64,000 bases of DNA from Phoronis australis (Eukaryota > Animalia > Phoronida), in NCBI GenBank assembly GCA_002633005.1, contig NMRA01000010.1:1398982-1462981 (forward strand). Direction: 5' to 3'. Every line of letters begins with the position of its first letter. Positions within the stretch are counted from its first letter, which is position 1. Below, in pieces: positions 26,841 to 39,989 of this stretch. Made by a program: the position numbers and the translations under genes. Below the pieces are notes generated by a model. It ran no database searches and was not told the DNA's origin. It saw only the letters and a program-made list of their open reading frames with translations.

Positions 26841-27884
26841 CAGTAATAAACGAAAACTAACATTATTTAAGCCTAAGTTAAATTATGTATTTTGATTCAT
26901 TAATTTCCATGACACTGTTAATAAAAAAGATTTGAAAATAAGCATACGAAAAACCATTATTTCAAGATACAATCAAAACAATGCTTTCTGCTTCATGAAT
27001 GGCAGCAACAATCCCTTTGTAAACAATTAAATTCTGTTTAATTAGCCAAGGCAGCGGCCAATCATTGCGCGGAAATGTATTTCCCATAACCAAGCCTCCA
27101 ATGGCTAAACCGATCAGCGCTATCTTGAGGTTTGGGGACAAAGCTGGTTTAGATAGAGCTTGTAATGAAATGCATGCAGCAACGCGGCGACCGGGTACAC
27201 ATTCTCAAAAATTCGAGCGCCCCATTTTTAGGCTGAGTGCGCGCATGCTCCGTGTCAGTTATTTAGTCACATAGGTTTCTTTGAGTCGAGCAATTGGACT
27301 CATGCGTGTTTTCTGGTCTGTTGTCTTTCTTAATTTGTTTTAGTCTTTAGATTTTACGAATTTATGGAAGCATTTGTAAACGAGATAAGTGCAGATTGGC
27401 ACTCTAACTTTTGTATTAATGTAAGATTGGAAAGATACAGTGTTATCATTGTGATTTGAAAGCACTTGCAAAGCAAACGGTTACTCTGTACCATCAGCAA
27501 AAATCACCTTCATTTCAAAGAAGTTATTTCTCTAAATTCTGGATTAGATAACAGGTAGTTTTAATCCGCCAAATTTTCGACAAAGCCTTACTAACTTGCC
27601 AAAGTAGGTTCGAACAAATCATCATCTACAAATTCTTGAAGAATTTCACGAATCAACATTCATGAATAAGTCACCAATTGCTGGTCACATGTGTGACAGC
27701 ACCTTCCCGCAATGTCTCTGTCTTGCAGGAACGGAATACGCGCTCACACAATATGACGCGTAAGGACCAGTAATCTACCAACAGTAGTGAATCGACAGCT
27801 GCGGACTGGGGACGGGCTATCACACTTGTGAACATAGAGTGTGCTTTACAAACACGAGGCAGAACATCCTACTGTGCGACTACA

Positions 27885-30800
27885 ATGAAGGTAATCTTCG
27901 CTAGACTAAGTATTTTGTTGTTGGTTGTTACTTTGTTGCAACCAATATCTTTTGCCGATGTCGTTCGAAGTCTTAAAGTGGTTAGAATGCTACAGGATTC
28001 ATTCGAATCCTACGTCAAGGAACAGCTGGCTGGCGTCAAAAAAGACACCAGACAATTGACCACTACTACCAAGGCGGATTGTTGTCATACACAGAACAGC
28101 AAATGCCGCGAAATCGACGGGCGTATGAGTAGCGTTCCCAGTCGTGACGTATGTCCACCATCGTACACTTACAGGAAGGAAAGTTCGTGTTACAGAGTGG
28201 TGACTAGAGCAGAGACGTGGTGGACAGCGCTGACTCAGTGTCGTAGGGACCGGGCTCACTTAGTTGCAGTCGAGTCATCTGAGGAACAGAATTACATCGA
28301 GAGCCTAAGGCAAAAGCATCGTTTGTCCACAGTTTGGTTGGGAGGCCACGACAGAGGTACAGAAGGGACGTGGACGTGGGTTTCAACAGGAAGCAAGTTC
28401 TACTACAATAAGTGGCTACCACGTAAGCTATTTTTGGGTTGACGTGTCATGTCTGACTCACGGTTGGATCCTCTTATGCATTTTGAAATTTCCTGAACAG
28501 AGTACCCCCCTAATGTAGTTGTTCAGTTTTCAGGTAAATTGCAGTTACACAAGTAGGGTAGTCGCTTGCCTTTTGTACCAAGCGTCGCACACCTCGTAAA
28601 CTGTATTTTAACGGGCCAGCTAATTTTTCTTTTGAATTCGAGATGGTCATGAAGGTGTATTGTGGACGAATAGAAACTGTCTTGCTGTTGATTAAATTGT
28701 GGAAATCGACCAAACGAGTGCAAATATGTACCGTATTTGCTGTATTAATCAAAACCTGTGCGTAACAATTGTGAACTCCGTCGATTCACTAGGTGGGGCT
28801 GTAGTCCACTAGGACGCCAGACTTTCGGTTTCCAGGCGGCGAGACCGTCTCGTCCACAACTGGGCTCACGTAGACCTGTCGAACATGCCGTGGAAATCTA
28901 CGACATTTCAAAAATGTTTCGACAGAGGCCTAATTTAGGAAAAAACGGAACATGAGAAATTCTCAAAATCAGAAGTGGTCGCTTGTCATCACTCGTGATG
29001 CCTAATGTTACACGATGACGCCATGATTTTTTTCTTATTATGTTTGGAAATACTTTGACCGTCTCTAAGTAGAAGCGCTAAACGCTAAGTTTTGGCTTAC
29101 AAAGCCTACGGCCGGATTCCAATAAGAAATAACAAACACCATTTCATGAAATAGATATGATTAGAGCTTGTATTTGTGGTATCAAATTAGTGCATATAAA
29201 TAGTGTGTTGTGTCCATAATTGCATTCTACCTTAACCTCTGCACTATGAGAACAGTTGGCACCAAGGAGTTTGACGAAGTTAAATTCTCAAAGGCGAGTT
29301 TAAGTCAAGGAATGAGTTCATTGGTTAAATAAGAGACCAATGAAGTTCTTTTAAAGGATCATACACATGTTTCTTTGTTTTAGTTTCCATTTTCCACACA
29401 ACGTGTTGTCGTACTCGTCCTCCTTGCAAATACGTGATTCCCGAGTGCGGATTCTTTAGGATCTCGTCATTTCGCTAATGTTGAATAAATGGTGTTGGTA
29501 TGAACGACCGTTGGTTTTTTACTTAATAGAAACATGTGCGTGATTCTAATTACAAAAATGTTTCTAAGTAAAGTTGTGACCATATTTACTTTTAAAAAAG
29601 TAAATTTGGCCAAGAGTTTAGTGTTAGAAGTTGAGGTGAGATTGTGGATAATTATCAAAGTGAAACATCAAAACCATTGTCCATCACACACAATTATACT
29701 GGTGTCACTTCAGGGCACGAGTTCTAGTTTTGTAGAAGAAATTAAGCTTATTTGACAATTTCTGTTTTTCACGTATCAGCTTTTTTGCGAAATCAAGACA
29801 TGTGTCTGTTTTTTTTTTCTTTCTGCTCCAGTTTCTTAGGCTTTATGACGATGAGCGTCTTTTCGACGTTGACAAAATCCCAGATTTGAGCCACAAGCTC
29901 TAGATTTCGAGTGAAATCTCGAATTTTCTAGTTCGTACTAGAGTTTGTACTATTAATGTTGGGATCGTTAAGTGCCACCCAAGTCTACAAACTCACCCAC
30001 ATAGACTATAATGTACTCGAACATACAATAGACATTCGTTTTGAGTTTGCATGGGTAATATAAGGGAAAAGGTCAGATATAAGTACGAGTTCTATTTCTA
30101 GTACAAAGGCTAGAACTCGTGCCCAGGATTACGTTGCGAGAACCCGTCTGCCAAAAATGAGCAGGTCAAACATAGCATAGCTATACCCATCTGTTGGCAA
30201 TAAAACGTTCATGTTATATCGTGAAAACAGAGATGTTTTCAACAAAAGCGAATGAGATCAACCTTCAAAAATTGATCAGTAAACCAATAACAACCTCAAA
30301 TTTGTTCATTTTTCTAATTTACCATTTCGTTTTCGTTTTATGCAAATACTGAGATCTTTAAAAAAATGTAAAAGTCCTTTATTTGATAGCTAGCTCCCAT
30401 GTAAAAAAGAAACGTGTACATGTACAGGTGTATAAGCAAATTGCGTGTCACATGGTTATCACTAATGGCATGTATCATTGTTTTCTTTTGCTGCGTCTTT
30501 GTTGGATATAACAGTACAGGTCGCATGGATTTAATGCCATGGGCGAACATCAATTGGGTTACCGATAAATTCCAGCCCCTATCTTTATTATAACAAAAAA
30601 CAAAGTGTACAATGGAGACGCCAACCTACTGATCTCTATGCTACCAGCTTGAGACCTGGTTTCCCATGGGAAATACTTACAGCGTTTTAAAGGAATGTGC
30701 AAAAAACATTCTATCTGAAAATTTCATGGATCCTAACAGTAGAAACTTAATGATTATTCATTGGTTCTTTGCAGAAGAACCTTATAACTTGGATGGTGAT

Positions 30801-30908
30801 GAACACTGCTTGGTGCACCAGAAACTCAATACATCCCCGGGTGGCTGGAATGACGTGAGCTGCTGGGCAAAATATGCGTATATCTGCGAAAAGGCAGCTA
30901 GATTTTGA
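27885..30908 (+). CDS. Secreted C-type lectin, type B copy 1
   Basis: Exons 27885-28422 and 30775-30908 (phase 1). Signal peptide MKVIFARLSILLLVVTLLQPISFA; CPPSY...SCY, WLGGHDRGTEGTWTW; exon 2 reads QEPYNLDGDEHCLVHQKLNTSPGGWNDVSCWAKYAYICEKAARF*. Confidence 0.92.
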
Positions 30909-31499
30909 CGTCGTGGTGTTAACATCAGCATGATGCACGAATTTTTAAGTGTCATTCCACGAGTACATCAAAAGGTCTAGTCTAACCGAGGGTCACTGAC
31001 TAGGATTTTAAAAGCAATCTTTGTGTTGGAACATCTTGACAAAAACTAATTATTATATTCTGATAAAAGCCGTGGTGATTTTTTCTTCTGCATCAGAGAC
31101 CGACCCTGTTCAGCTTATGGCTTCCAACAAGGGTTTTTAATTGTATTCTCACGAATACAATTCCATTATCGTAAAAGATATACGTCCCCTGCTGTAGTAT
31201 ACATGTAGTGACATACGTGTTAGACTCATGTTCGAGCGCTAAGTTAGTGCTGTATGGTTTCAAACACTTGCACTTCGCACCTCTTGTGAGACTGCAAAAT
31301 TTGCGCGGTCAATGGAAAAGAACTGAATTCCGAACAATAGGGTGTCACTAAATGAGAAAAAAAACAGCAGTTCACAGGAAATGCGGTAAGGAAATTATCA
31401 TGGAGGTCTCTTGTACGGGAAGTGTGGGAGGGCAATATATTATCGTGCCATTACCCTGCGATGAAACGCTAAGTAGTTGTCAGATTCGCCCTGTACTGT

Positions 31500-32407
31500 T
31501 TCTCCAGCACAGAGCCTCTAAGAGTGATTACAGGCCCAGTTCGACACCCAGTGAAGAGGACAGTTCGTCGTCCAGTGAACAGATCGGTGAGCCAAACTTT
31601 GATAAGTTTATTGTGGACTTGTCTAAAGTGTTGGAGCTATTTAGAAGGTGCCAGGTGTGTGGCGAGGGAGTCACACGACACGATGTAAGCAGTTTTGGTG
31701 CTCAGGTCACCATCCAGTGGGAGTGTGTCGCGGGACACTCTGGCAAGTGGGACAGTTGTTCCTCTGTCCGTGGTATGCCGGAGGTCCACTTAACCGTGTC
31801 CAGTAGTGGCTTGGCCTCGTCGAACTCTGAACAGCACAAGCATTCCATTGAGGTAGGCATAGCAACGCACACAGTGCATTTGCACCAAGATGTGTCACCA
31901 CGTCTGTCCTCAGTAGCCGCCTCGTTTCTCTCAACAGCTGCCTGTGCCTGTGTGTACTCTGCCTCGTTACACTCGGGCTCACACATGTACCCACCCACTG
32001 AATGTCCGTGAAAAAATTCCTCGTCATCACTGCTGTGAACAAGGTCTCCGTCACTCACACTACTGTCACTGTGATACGGGTCACCGACTCCAGCCATTTT
32101 CAGCTTACAACACGCTAAACAATCCCTAAATCCAACGTAGTTAAGTTCTCTACTAACCTATCTTGCCGCAGAATACTCGCCGATGGAAAGTGGTGGCGAC
32201 AATTGTTGAAAAACAGCACAAAACCAAAGTAGAACGCAAAACCAAGTGGCGGGAAACGCTTGCCTCCTAAAACGTCACTTCCGGAGTAGAGGACGAGTAA
32301 TTAATAAAATTACGAAAAGCTGTAATTAAGTGGAAAATATATCTAGGATAACCAACCAACCTTATTTTAGCTCAAAATGACATGAAAAAAGTTGCCTTCG
32401 CCTTTAA
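31500..32407. mobile_element. Internally deleted Kolobok-like DNA transposon relic: transposase Zn-motif fragment (+) fused tail-to-tail with a P2X7-ballast/KolX-like ORF (-)
   Basis: The plus frame has KFIV...LELF..CxxC...WEC..GH...W.S...GMP. The minus frame (ATG at 32097) has acidic YMCEPE...WCKCTVCVAMPTSMECLCCSE. The right end is ...ccttcgcct+TTAA at 32404-32407. Confidence 0.7.
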
Positions 32408-32449
32408 CCTGTGGGGAACGTGAGAAGCGACGTCAGCGGTTTGTCTGCA

Positions 32450-32810
32450 GAGTGAATGCCGCTATATTGCGGTGCATCGTTCCCGCTTGTCCGAACTATG
32501 AAGCTGCAAAGAAAGCGGTATATCGTGTTTTTCGACGTCCTAGAGAGCCCAAAATCCTTAGGAAGTGGCTCGCTGTATTGAAGAATAAAAAGTACGCTAT
32601 TAATAGCAAGTATGACGCCGAGAAACATATCCGTGTATGTGGCCGGCATTTCGTCGACAGTGATTTCTCTGACGAATTCCGGCTTACCAAAGAACTATCC
32701 ATACGTTCCGTTGCCTTTGTATGTTCACGACGCCTCTCTAGTATTTCTTGATCAGTGTATTCCGGTTCGAACTGATAGCCTGTGAAACCTAACGTTCCGA
32801 CCCGTGAAGT
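32450..32810 (+). pseudogene. THAP zinc-finger fragment, probably the N-terminus of a transposase
   Basis: CIVPACPN...FRRP......KW......RVCGRHF...DF (C2CH THAP signature), with a degenerate KPNVPT (AVPTIF-like) motif near 32783-32800; the start is frameshifted. Confidence 0.75.
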
Positions 32811-34039
32811 CTTCGTCAGATGAGCTCTTAACTATGTCGGGATTGTCGCCGGGCGAGTTGCCACGTAGACGCTTATTATTCTACATTCTGTTTCAAAATG
32901 AATTATTCTCATCCAAACCAATTCTTACACAAAACCGAAATAATTAAGTCTGTCTCCTTGGAGTGCTCGTGAGGGCAAATGTTTTGAGAAGCCAGCAATG
33001 AATAGACCACTGCGTTACCGACTTTTGAAGCCGGCAACGAAGGTAATTGACCGGGCACCGAGGCCGTGTGAGCGCATGCTAATTCAGTGTTTGCTAACAG
33101 AAAGCTGTTGTGAAACAATTACTCGATTTTATATGCTATGATCACATCTTAGGGGAATCTTTATTTAGAAATAGAAATACATTATTCAAATCATTGTTAC
33201 TGTACAACCTTTGCCCTGACTGTTTGCGGAAGGGGAACCCGACTTCACGGCCCCGACAAGTAAGTTGATTTTCAGTTTCGTGGCTAATTCACAAAAATAT
33301 ATACGTGCGCATTATTTTTTGCTCATTATTATAGTCTTTTCGTGACTGGAGGTTTAGTTTTCAACTCAAGCTGGTTTATTTTCGTGCCAGTCCCGGCTGC
33401 CGCGACCGACTTGATCGGTATCCGAACCCGCACTGGCCGGGATAACGAGTCAGTCCGGCAGCGACGTGCCTGATCGGGTTCCGAGCCACTGGCCGGGATA
33501 ACAAGTGTTTTGTATGTTTAGAACTCAAAAAGTCACAAGTATAAACAACACAAATTTAGGTTCTCCTGTCTGTATTTCACGGAAGAATACTTCGATTTAT
33601 CTCCGAGAGACCCCAAACTCCTGCTACGGACCTTAGTAAATTTTCCTGCCGAACTTTGTAACTAGACTAGGGTGTGTCCAAATACCAGTAAATCCGCAAC
33701 AGCGAAATAAAACAACACGTTTTTATAACAGCTTGGTGTATTTTTAAGGGTTTTACATCGAACTTTGGTGATTTATTGGTGTTAAACGATGAATTCAAGC
33801 GATATGCTGACACCACTAACCCGTGTTGTAAACTGCTGAACAGACTGCGTGTGAAACCAATTACGTCATTGAATAATTTCACACCTCAATCTGCCGTCAG
33901 GTGTCAGGTAATGCAACCGAATCTGCCGTTATCGAGTAGATCTGCTCGATCTAGATTGATACAAAATAGGTTGTTTTTTGTTTGGCATTCTCCTTTGAAA
34001 GGACTAAGACTACATGTATTTCATTCGTCTTCATATTAA

Positions 34040-36165
34040 TGAATTTGTGAAAAAAAACAACGAAACGTATTCAACTCGGAAGATTAGAATTATTGTTTTA
34101 ATTCCGAAACCACATAAGCCAAAACAGTTTCGGAGACCAATAAATTTTCTTAACGTAGTGTACAAACTTCGTTCAGGGTGTATCGCCTATAGAATCAAAA
34201 CAGTATTATAAAATGTGATTTTGAAAGATCAGAATGGATTTAAAGGGTCGCTTTCTAGGAGAAAATATGAGATTAGTATATGATATCATGAATCGCTATG
34301 AATATTTCCGGCATGCTTTTACAGATAGATTTTGAGAAGGCATTTGAGAATATAGAGCTCTGTTTATAACGTATTGGTGTTTATCAATTTTAAAAACTCT
34401 ATTAAGAGGCAGATTACTGCTTTGTACACGAATCCAACATCTCGAGTTATGCAAAACGGAAACCTTTCGGAACCTTTCTCTCCTCAAACAGGTCGTCCAT
34501 AGGGTGACCCACTCTTCCGGTATATCTTTAGTTTAGGTGCGGAAATATTAGCATTATTTATAATACGGGGTGAATATTATCGAATTGAATTTAACGAGCA
34601 TGTTTCATATGAACTTCAATGAAAATAACGGCTTGCACAAACTGTGGAACTGGAGAAAGTTGACCGTGCTGGGTAAATTTTCTGTTTTAAAATCTTAAGT
34701 AATTCCAAAAATTGTACATCTTCCTAGTGTGTTACCCATCACTCCTGTCTCACTTTTAAAGGAGCTCAATTCAAAGTTTTTCAAATTTATATGGACAATA
34801 AGTCAAGAAAATTAAAAAAGACACCTTGGTTGGCAAGATAAAAGCAGGAGCTACTAGAAATCTTAGATGTTATAAGATTCAACAAGGCTCTAATGTTGAC
34901 TTAGAGTAAGAGATTGATTTCCACAAATTCTAAATGGGTGAAACTGTTTGAAACACAGACGGCTTTAGAAGCCAGAAAATTGATTGCTATATGGCAATGA
35001 TTACTACGAAAACAAACCGGGCCTTAAAACCCCTTTTTGGATATAAACATTGAATAATTGGTGGACCTAACTTGCTAAAAACTAATTATTCTTCTAATAC
35101 AGAAAATGTTTTTACACAAGTTTGTGGTATAAAACTGAAATACAAGTTGGAGGCAAGACCGCCTTTTATATTAATTATGCTGACAAAGGCCTTCTATATA
35201 TTAGTGACCTCTTGAATGAACACAATAGATTTTACTCGTACTGTGAAATCAAATGTAGGTTTTTGCTCTGATCCCATTTTACAGCATACTATAGTACTTC
35301 CATGTGATTAATCGTTTACAAGTAAGTTATCAGTAGATTTTAATGTGGTCCATACAAGGCCATTGGTCTGTTGATGCCATTCAATATTTGTGATTTTGTT
35401 AACAGTTCAGAATGTATAGTTTTACAATTTAATACATGTATGTCGAATTCCACATGATGTTGATCCAACAGCTGAAGTTAAGTTTGCCGAAAATTTGCTT
35501 GATTTTCATTAAGTCATGGAAAAAATATGATACTCTACTTTCTCAATGTGTCCTTGAAAGTTCGCTGATGTGCTTGCAATACAAAATTCTACAGAGAATC
35601 CTGGTTACCAACAGTCTTTGTATCAAATTAAGATTGTTGACTCTAGACAGATGTTCGTTTTGTAAAATTGAGACGGAAACTTTAGAACACATTTTTGATG
35701 ACTGTAAAACAATGAGATATTTTCTGTCAGAACTACGTATGGTCGCAAGAGGAAAAATTATTCTTATATTACCAAAAGAGAAATACCTTTTGGTAATATG
35801 TCTGAAGCAGGATGCAAATTTTTAAATTGCTTTATTCCAATAAGCAAAATATTCATTTATCTAGCAACAGTCATCGTTGCGATGCTAAATATTGTTGACT
35901 TCAATGGAATGTTGGAATATGTATTTTACTGCCAGAAGTTACTGCTTTTGAGAAACGGTCTTACCAAAGAATGTCATAAGCACTGTGGACAATTATCCCA
36001 TGTCTTCTCCGGTGAGCATGCGTAATCAATTAAAAACAACTTCGTTTGCAAGTCTGTCTGCCTGTGTGTCTGTTTATTTCCTCTAATTTATACGCACTGT
36101 ACACATCTTTGACTTATTCAATGACAAATTATCGTTTTTCCTTATTAATAAAATTTAACAAAAAG
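34040..36165 (+). mobile_element. Heavily decayed L1/Tx1-like LINE (RT + zf-RVT), a different family from the intronic copies
   Basis: LIPK...RPINFLNVVYKL...IAYRIK, DQNGF, GDPL, LQYKILQRILVTN...CSFCKIETETLEHIF; many stops; ends with AATAAA and an A-rich tail. Confidence 0.8.
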
Positions 36166-36830
36166 TTAGTACAAGCATTACAGAACAACAGCATCAATAA
36201 CATAACCCAGTTTCTATTCATATAAATGTTCAAGGTGATATCTCAAAAACACTGTTGTTGTTATTTTTATGATAACCCTAGTGTACAAGTGGATCAATCT
36301 TTAAATTACTTTTAATGGTGTTCTCTTAAATAGTGCATCAAACATAGTGCCTGAGAGTTTCATTTTGTATAAAATCAGTTACCGGTACTTCCAAGATATG
36401 CAATAATGCAAATTTGGATTTTTCAAGGGTCAAACAATGTCACATGTTACTTCGGACACAACATTTCTTATATAAACCCTGCATTCTTTAGTGTAGAACG
36501 TATATTAGAGAATTCATGGTTTTGCTACAGTTTTTTCAAAAGTGTTCAGGAAAGGTAACACATCATAGGTACAAGCATAAAATGGCTGAAAAAGGACACG
36601 ATAATTATTTAAAGTACGTCCTCTTGTCATTTCCCAGCCACCGCACAAATTACCTGCCCCAGGTTTAAGCACAGCCTTTTGTAACGTAGTATCTCGTGTT
36701 TTAGAACTGGTGATGTAGAATGGACATTTAGATAGGAAAAGATATCGTGAACATGGATATTAGCAGATGTTGTCTACCGATTATATACATGTAGAACTGA
36801 GTAGTGCGATTCACCTACTCAGATTGAAAA

Positions 36831-38041
36831 ATGGTTCTTCTGAGGCGTGCTCTTCATTTAAGCTCGATATTCTGTATCATGGCCTTAGTCAGGGCAAATC
36901 ATTGGTCTACACGCGATAACGACGAAGACAAGCAAATCGCTGCACTGGTCAGTGAACTTCAACAGGCTCAAGAAAACCTTAAAGTGTTTGTGACTACAAG
37001 CATTAACGAACTCAAGGCATTGATTGGACGAGCTCAAGGAGTCAACCAGCAATGCCGTACATCTTCGAGCGTTAGTACATGTCAAAATACAGCGATCGCA
37101 TTCCATAAGTACACTAAAAAGCTCTACAACGGATGTCCACTAAATTACCACCGTTTCGAGAAAAGTTGCTACGCAGTGTCAAGCACACCGGTTGGTTGGT
37201 GGTCTGCGTTCAGGGAATGCTACAGGCGTGACGCCGAACTTATGTCAATACAGTCACGAGCGGAAAACGACTTTGTGAAAGGCCTGCTGGGACAGTACCA
37301 TATCTCGAACGCGTGGACAGCTGGTAACGACCAAGACCGAGAAGGTACCTTTCAATGGGGATCTAGTCAGGCAGCAACTAGCTTTAGTAACTGGGACCAA
37401 GGTGAGAAAATTGATTATTTCCACGCCTATAGTAATCGAATGTCGACTGTTTACTTACAACAAACCCATGCTGAAGCGACTCTCAGGTTTTGATGACGGC
37501 AATCTTACTCTCATTAATATGGCTTAAAAATTCGAAGGGTCATTTGATTTGTTGGGTCGAATGGCTGTAACATGGGCGGCGCAGCCCTGAAAAAAGGGGG
37601 GGGCTAAAGCCCCCCAGCCCCTCAGGTGCTCTGCCTATGTGATACATCAAACCCTCGTGTTTAACACAGTGGAGATGAGGAACACATAGATTGCTTTTTT
37701 AAAAAACACTTTAAAAATGGTAAAATACTTGAAGCTGGTGGTTTAAACTAAGGCATCCAGACGGTTCATTCTTAAAATTGCTTGCAAAACATTAATTCAT
37801 GTTGTACAACCATGAAATTCTACAGCGTTAATAGTATCTAAAAGCTAGAGGAATCACCAAGTGTCGCCAAAGTCGCCAGCTTTAGGAACATCCTCCAGTG
37901 ATATTACACTGTAATATTTTTGCAGGTCAACCCAACAATTTGAAAAATCAAGACTGCCTTGGGATGTCGGCTGCTGGATTGTGGGGTGATTATGCTTGCA
38001 CGGCAGAAATTGGTTTCGTCTGTGAAAAGGACGCTGAATGA
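36831..38041 (+). CDS. Secreted C-type lectin, type A copy 2
   Basis: Exons 36831-37401 and 37926-38041. Clear paralog of the gene at 22312; exon 2 reads GQPNNLKNQDCLGMSAAGLWGDYACTAEIGFVCEKDAE*. Confidence 0.92.
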
Positions 38042-39664
38042 CTAATAAACGACGTGTCTTCTCATTCAATCACGCAGGACGGTGAAGTGATACTGTAGTA
38101 TGTCTGTTGTTTTCTAGACAAGTTTTGAATGAAAATCTTTCACACTTCAGAGACATTAATTGAATTACTAGATGGTGTATTGAAGACGGATATTTTGAAC
38201 ATTTAAACTGAGTTGAACCGAGTCCCAAAGAGTTCCGATATACAGTGCAAGGAAGCGTTAACCGGCGTTACCAAATTCCACGAAAACAATTGCTTACACA
38301 TTTCAACTTGAAAGCCATTGCAAAAGCGCTGAAGTTGTTAGTAAAATATTCCAGTTAATGAATCTTTAGGAAATTTTGAATATTGAGTCATTTTATATTT
38401 TTGTTGAATAATTATTCTCCTTGTCTTTATTATTACTTAATGAATTACGGTAGATGGAAGATGTAATTCATTGTCTGCTGCAAGACTTGTTCAAACGGCG
38501 AAAGCTGCGTTGAGTGCGAAAATATTTCAAGAATTTCCTTTCTGGGAAAATTTGGAGTGTGAATTTTTCAATTAGTTGCGTCCATGTGATATTTTTATGA
38601 ATTCTGGTGAGGAACATATGCAAAATGCTTCGCATGAACAGCTCTAGTCTATCTATCTAGAAAAGAAGTTGATAGGGCCAACGTAGCATTTTAAGGGGTT
38701 TTTTTTCAAGTACTCACTTCTTTACCAGTTGGGCTTCAAATTGTAGGAAATCTTCAAATTTACATAACCGATAAAGTGGAGCAATCGCTTACAGGTCCAA
38801 AACACACTTTAAACAACATTTTGTGAAGGTTAGAAATTTTGAAATCAGAATAGTTGCCTAAAGCCAAGTATATTTTCGAATTTGCCTTGGCATTAACTTC
38901 ACAATATGGTCGATTTAAGGAAATCAAAACCTTAACAAAAATAAACAAGCAGGTGGAAGTTACCCGCTCAAGGTCATTATCAGTAAAACTACATCGAGTC
39001 TTGACAGGCAGATGCAGTGACAAGACTGCGAGAAAATTTGGTGTTAAAATCTTAGCATGCATACAGTACAAGACAAAGGGAATTTAACTTACGCTCGTAA
39101 TTACGAGAGTAATTTTACGGCGACACTTTCCCCTCAACGGCCCACCATATTAACCCCACGACCAACGCTTACCGCCACAAACCAGTTGCCGCAAAAACGC
39201 ATTCTCGAACAATTCCAGCAAACAGTTCCAAATAAAATTTGATTCGTTAATTAACCCGTCTCGACGTACAGCTACTTTTAAAAACGGTCAATGCTGATTT
39301 CACGCAACCGTTATTGCGTGAACTTCCATTTGCGCTCAGCTGTTGTGACACGGAATAACGATTCATTGTGTACCAATGTTCTTTTTGATATTTAATGTTG
39401 CTAATGGCGGATGTAAAGTTTTGCTGGTTTTGGGTTTCATTCAAGTCCAACCCGTTTATCCGACAGGCTTTCAAAACGTGAAAATGATTAGATGAAAGCA
39501 TCCCCCAAGATTTACACGAAGTCAAAAACCTATATCACGGCTACTGAAAGTGCAGACAACTATTTCAGAAAAACGAACAAGAAACGCACTACATAACTTT
39601 CATCCAAATCCACAATTTGTTTGCGGTTAAAAAGAACCCATAAAGACATTGCTTTCCGATATGA

Positions 39665-39940
39665 TGTTCAATATAGATAAATCATTTATTGCAAGTCATT
39701 GAGAGTCTGATGAATCAGACGTTTCCGTACTCTCTCTATGGGCCTTATTCACTGACTGGGTTTCCCCCGTCAGGTTTACCTGGTTCTAAAATTAGGTCGA
39801 ATACCGTTGGGAGCTGTGATCCCCTGATCACCGTTCAAATTGGGGTGTATGGCTCTCCTTGACCTTTCTTGAACTTCGGTGTCCCTCTGTGACAAGGATT
39901 CCGGTGTTACGATTATCGATTGTTTGTCCAGTGTTGAGGG
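39665..39940 (-). mobile_element. Penelope-like 3' relic (inverted partner of 39990-40580)
   Basis: The reverse strand reads LNTG...NTGILV.E...KVKE...NLNGDQG, then tcagtgaataaggccc...gaaacgtc, matching the plus-strand copy. Confidence 0.6.
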
Positions 39941-39989
39941 TTTGTTCCTCTACATGTACGCAAGTGTGGAATGTTCCTCCATCCTTTTC

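Noticed and set aside
31352-32011. 219-aa ORF as a host gene
   Set aside because: Chimeric read-through of a transposase fragment into the antisense strand of the accessory ORF.
39705-39720. CTGATGA on the plus strand as a hammerhead core
   Set aside because: No downstream GAAA box; it is part of a short palindrome in the minus-strand Penelope relic.
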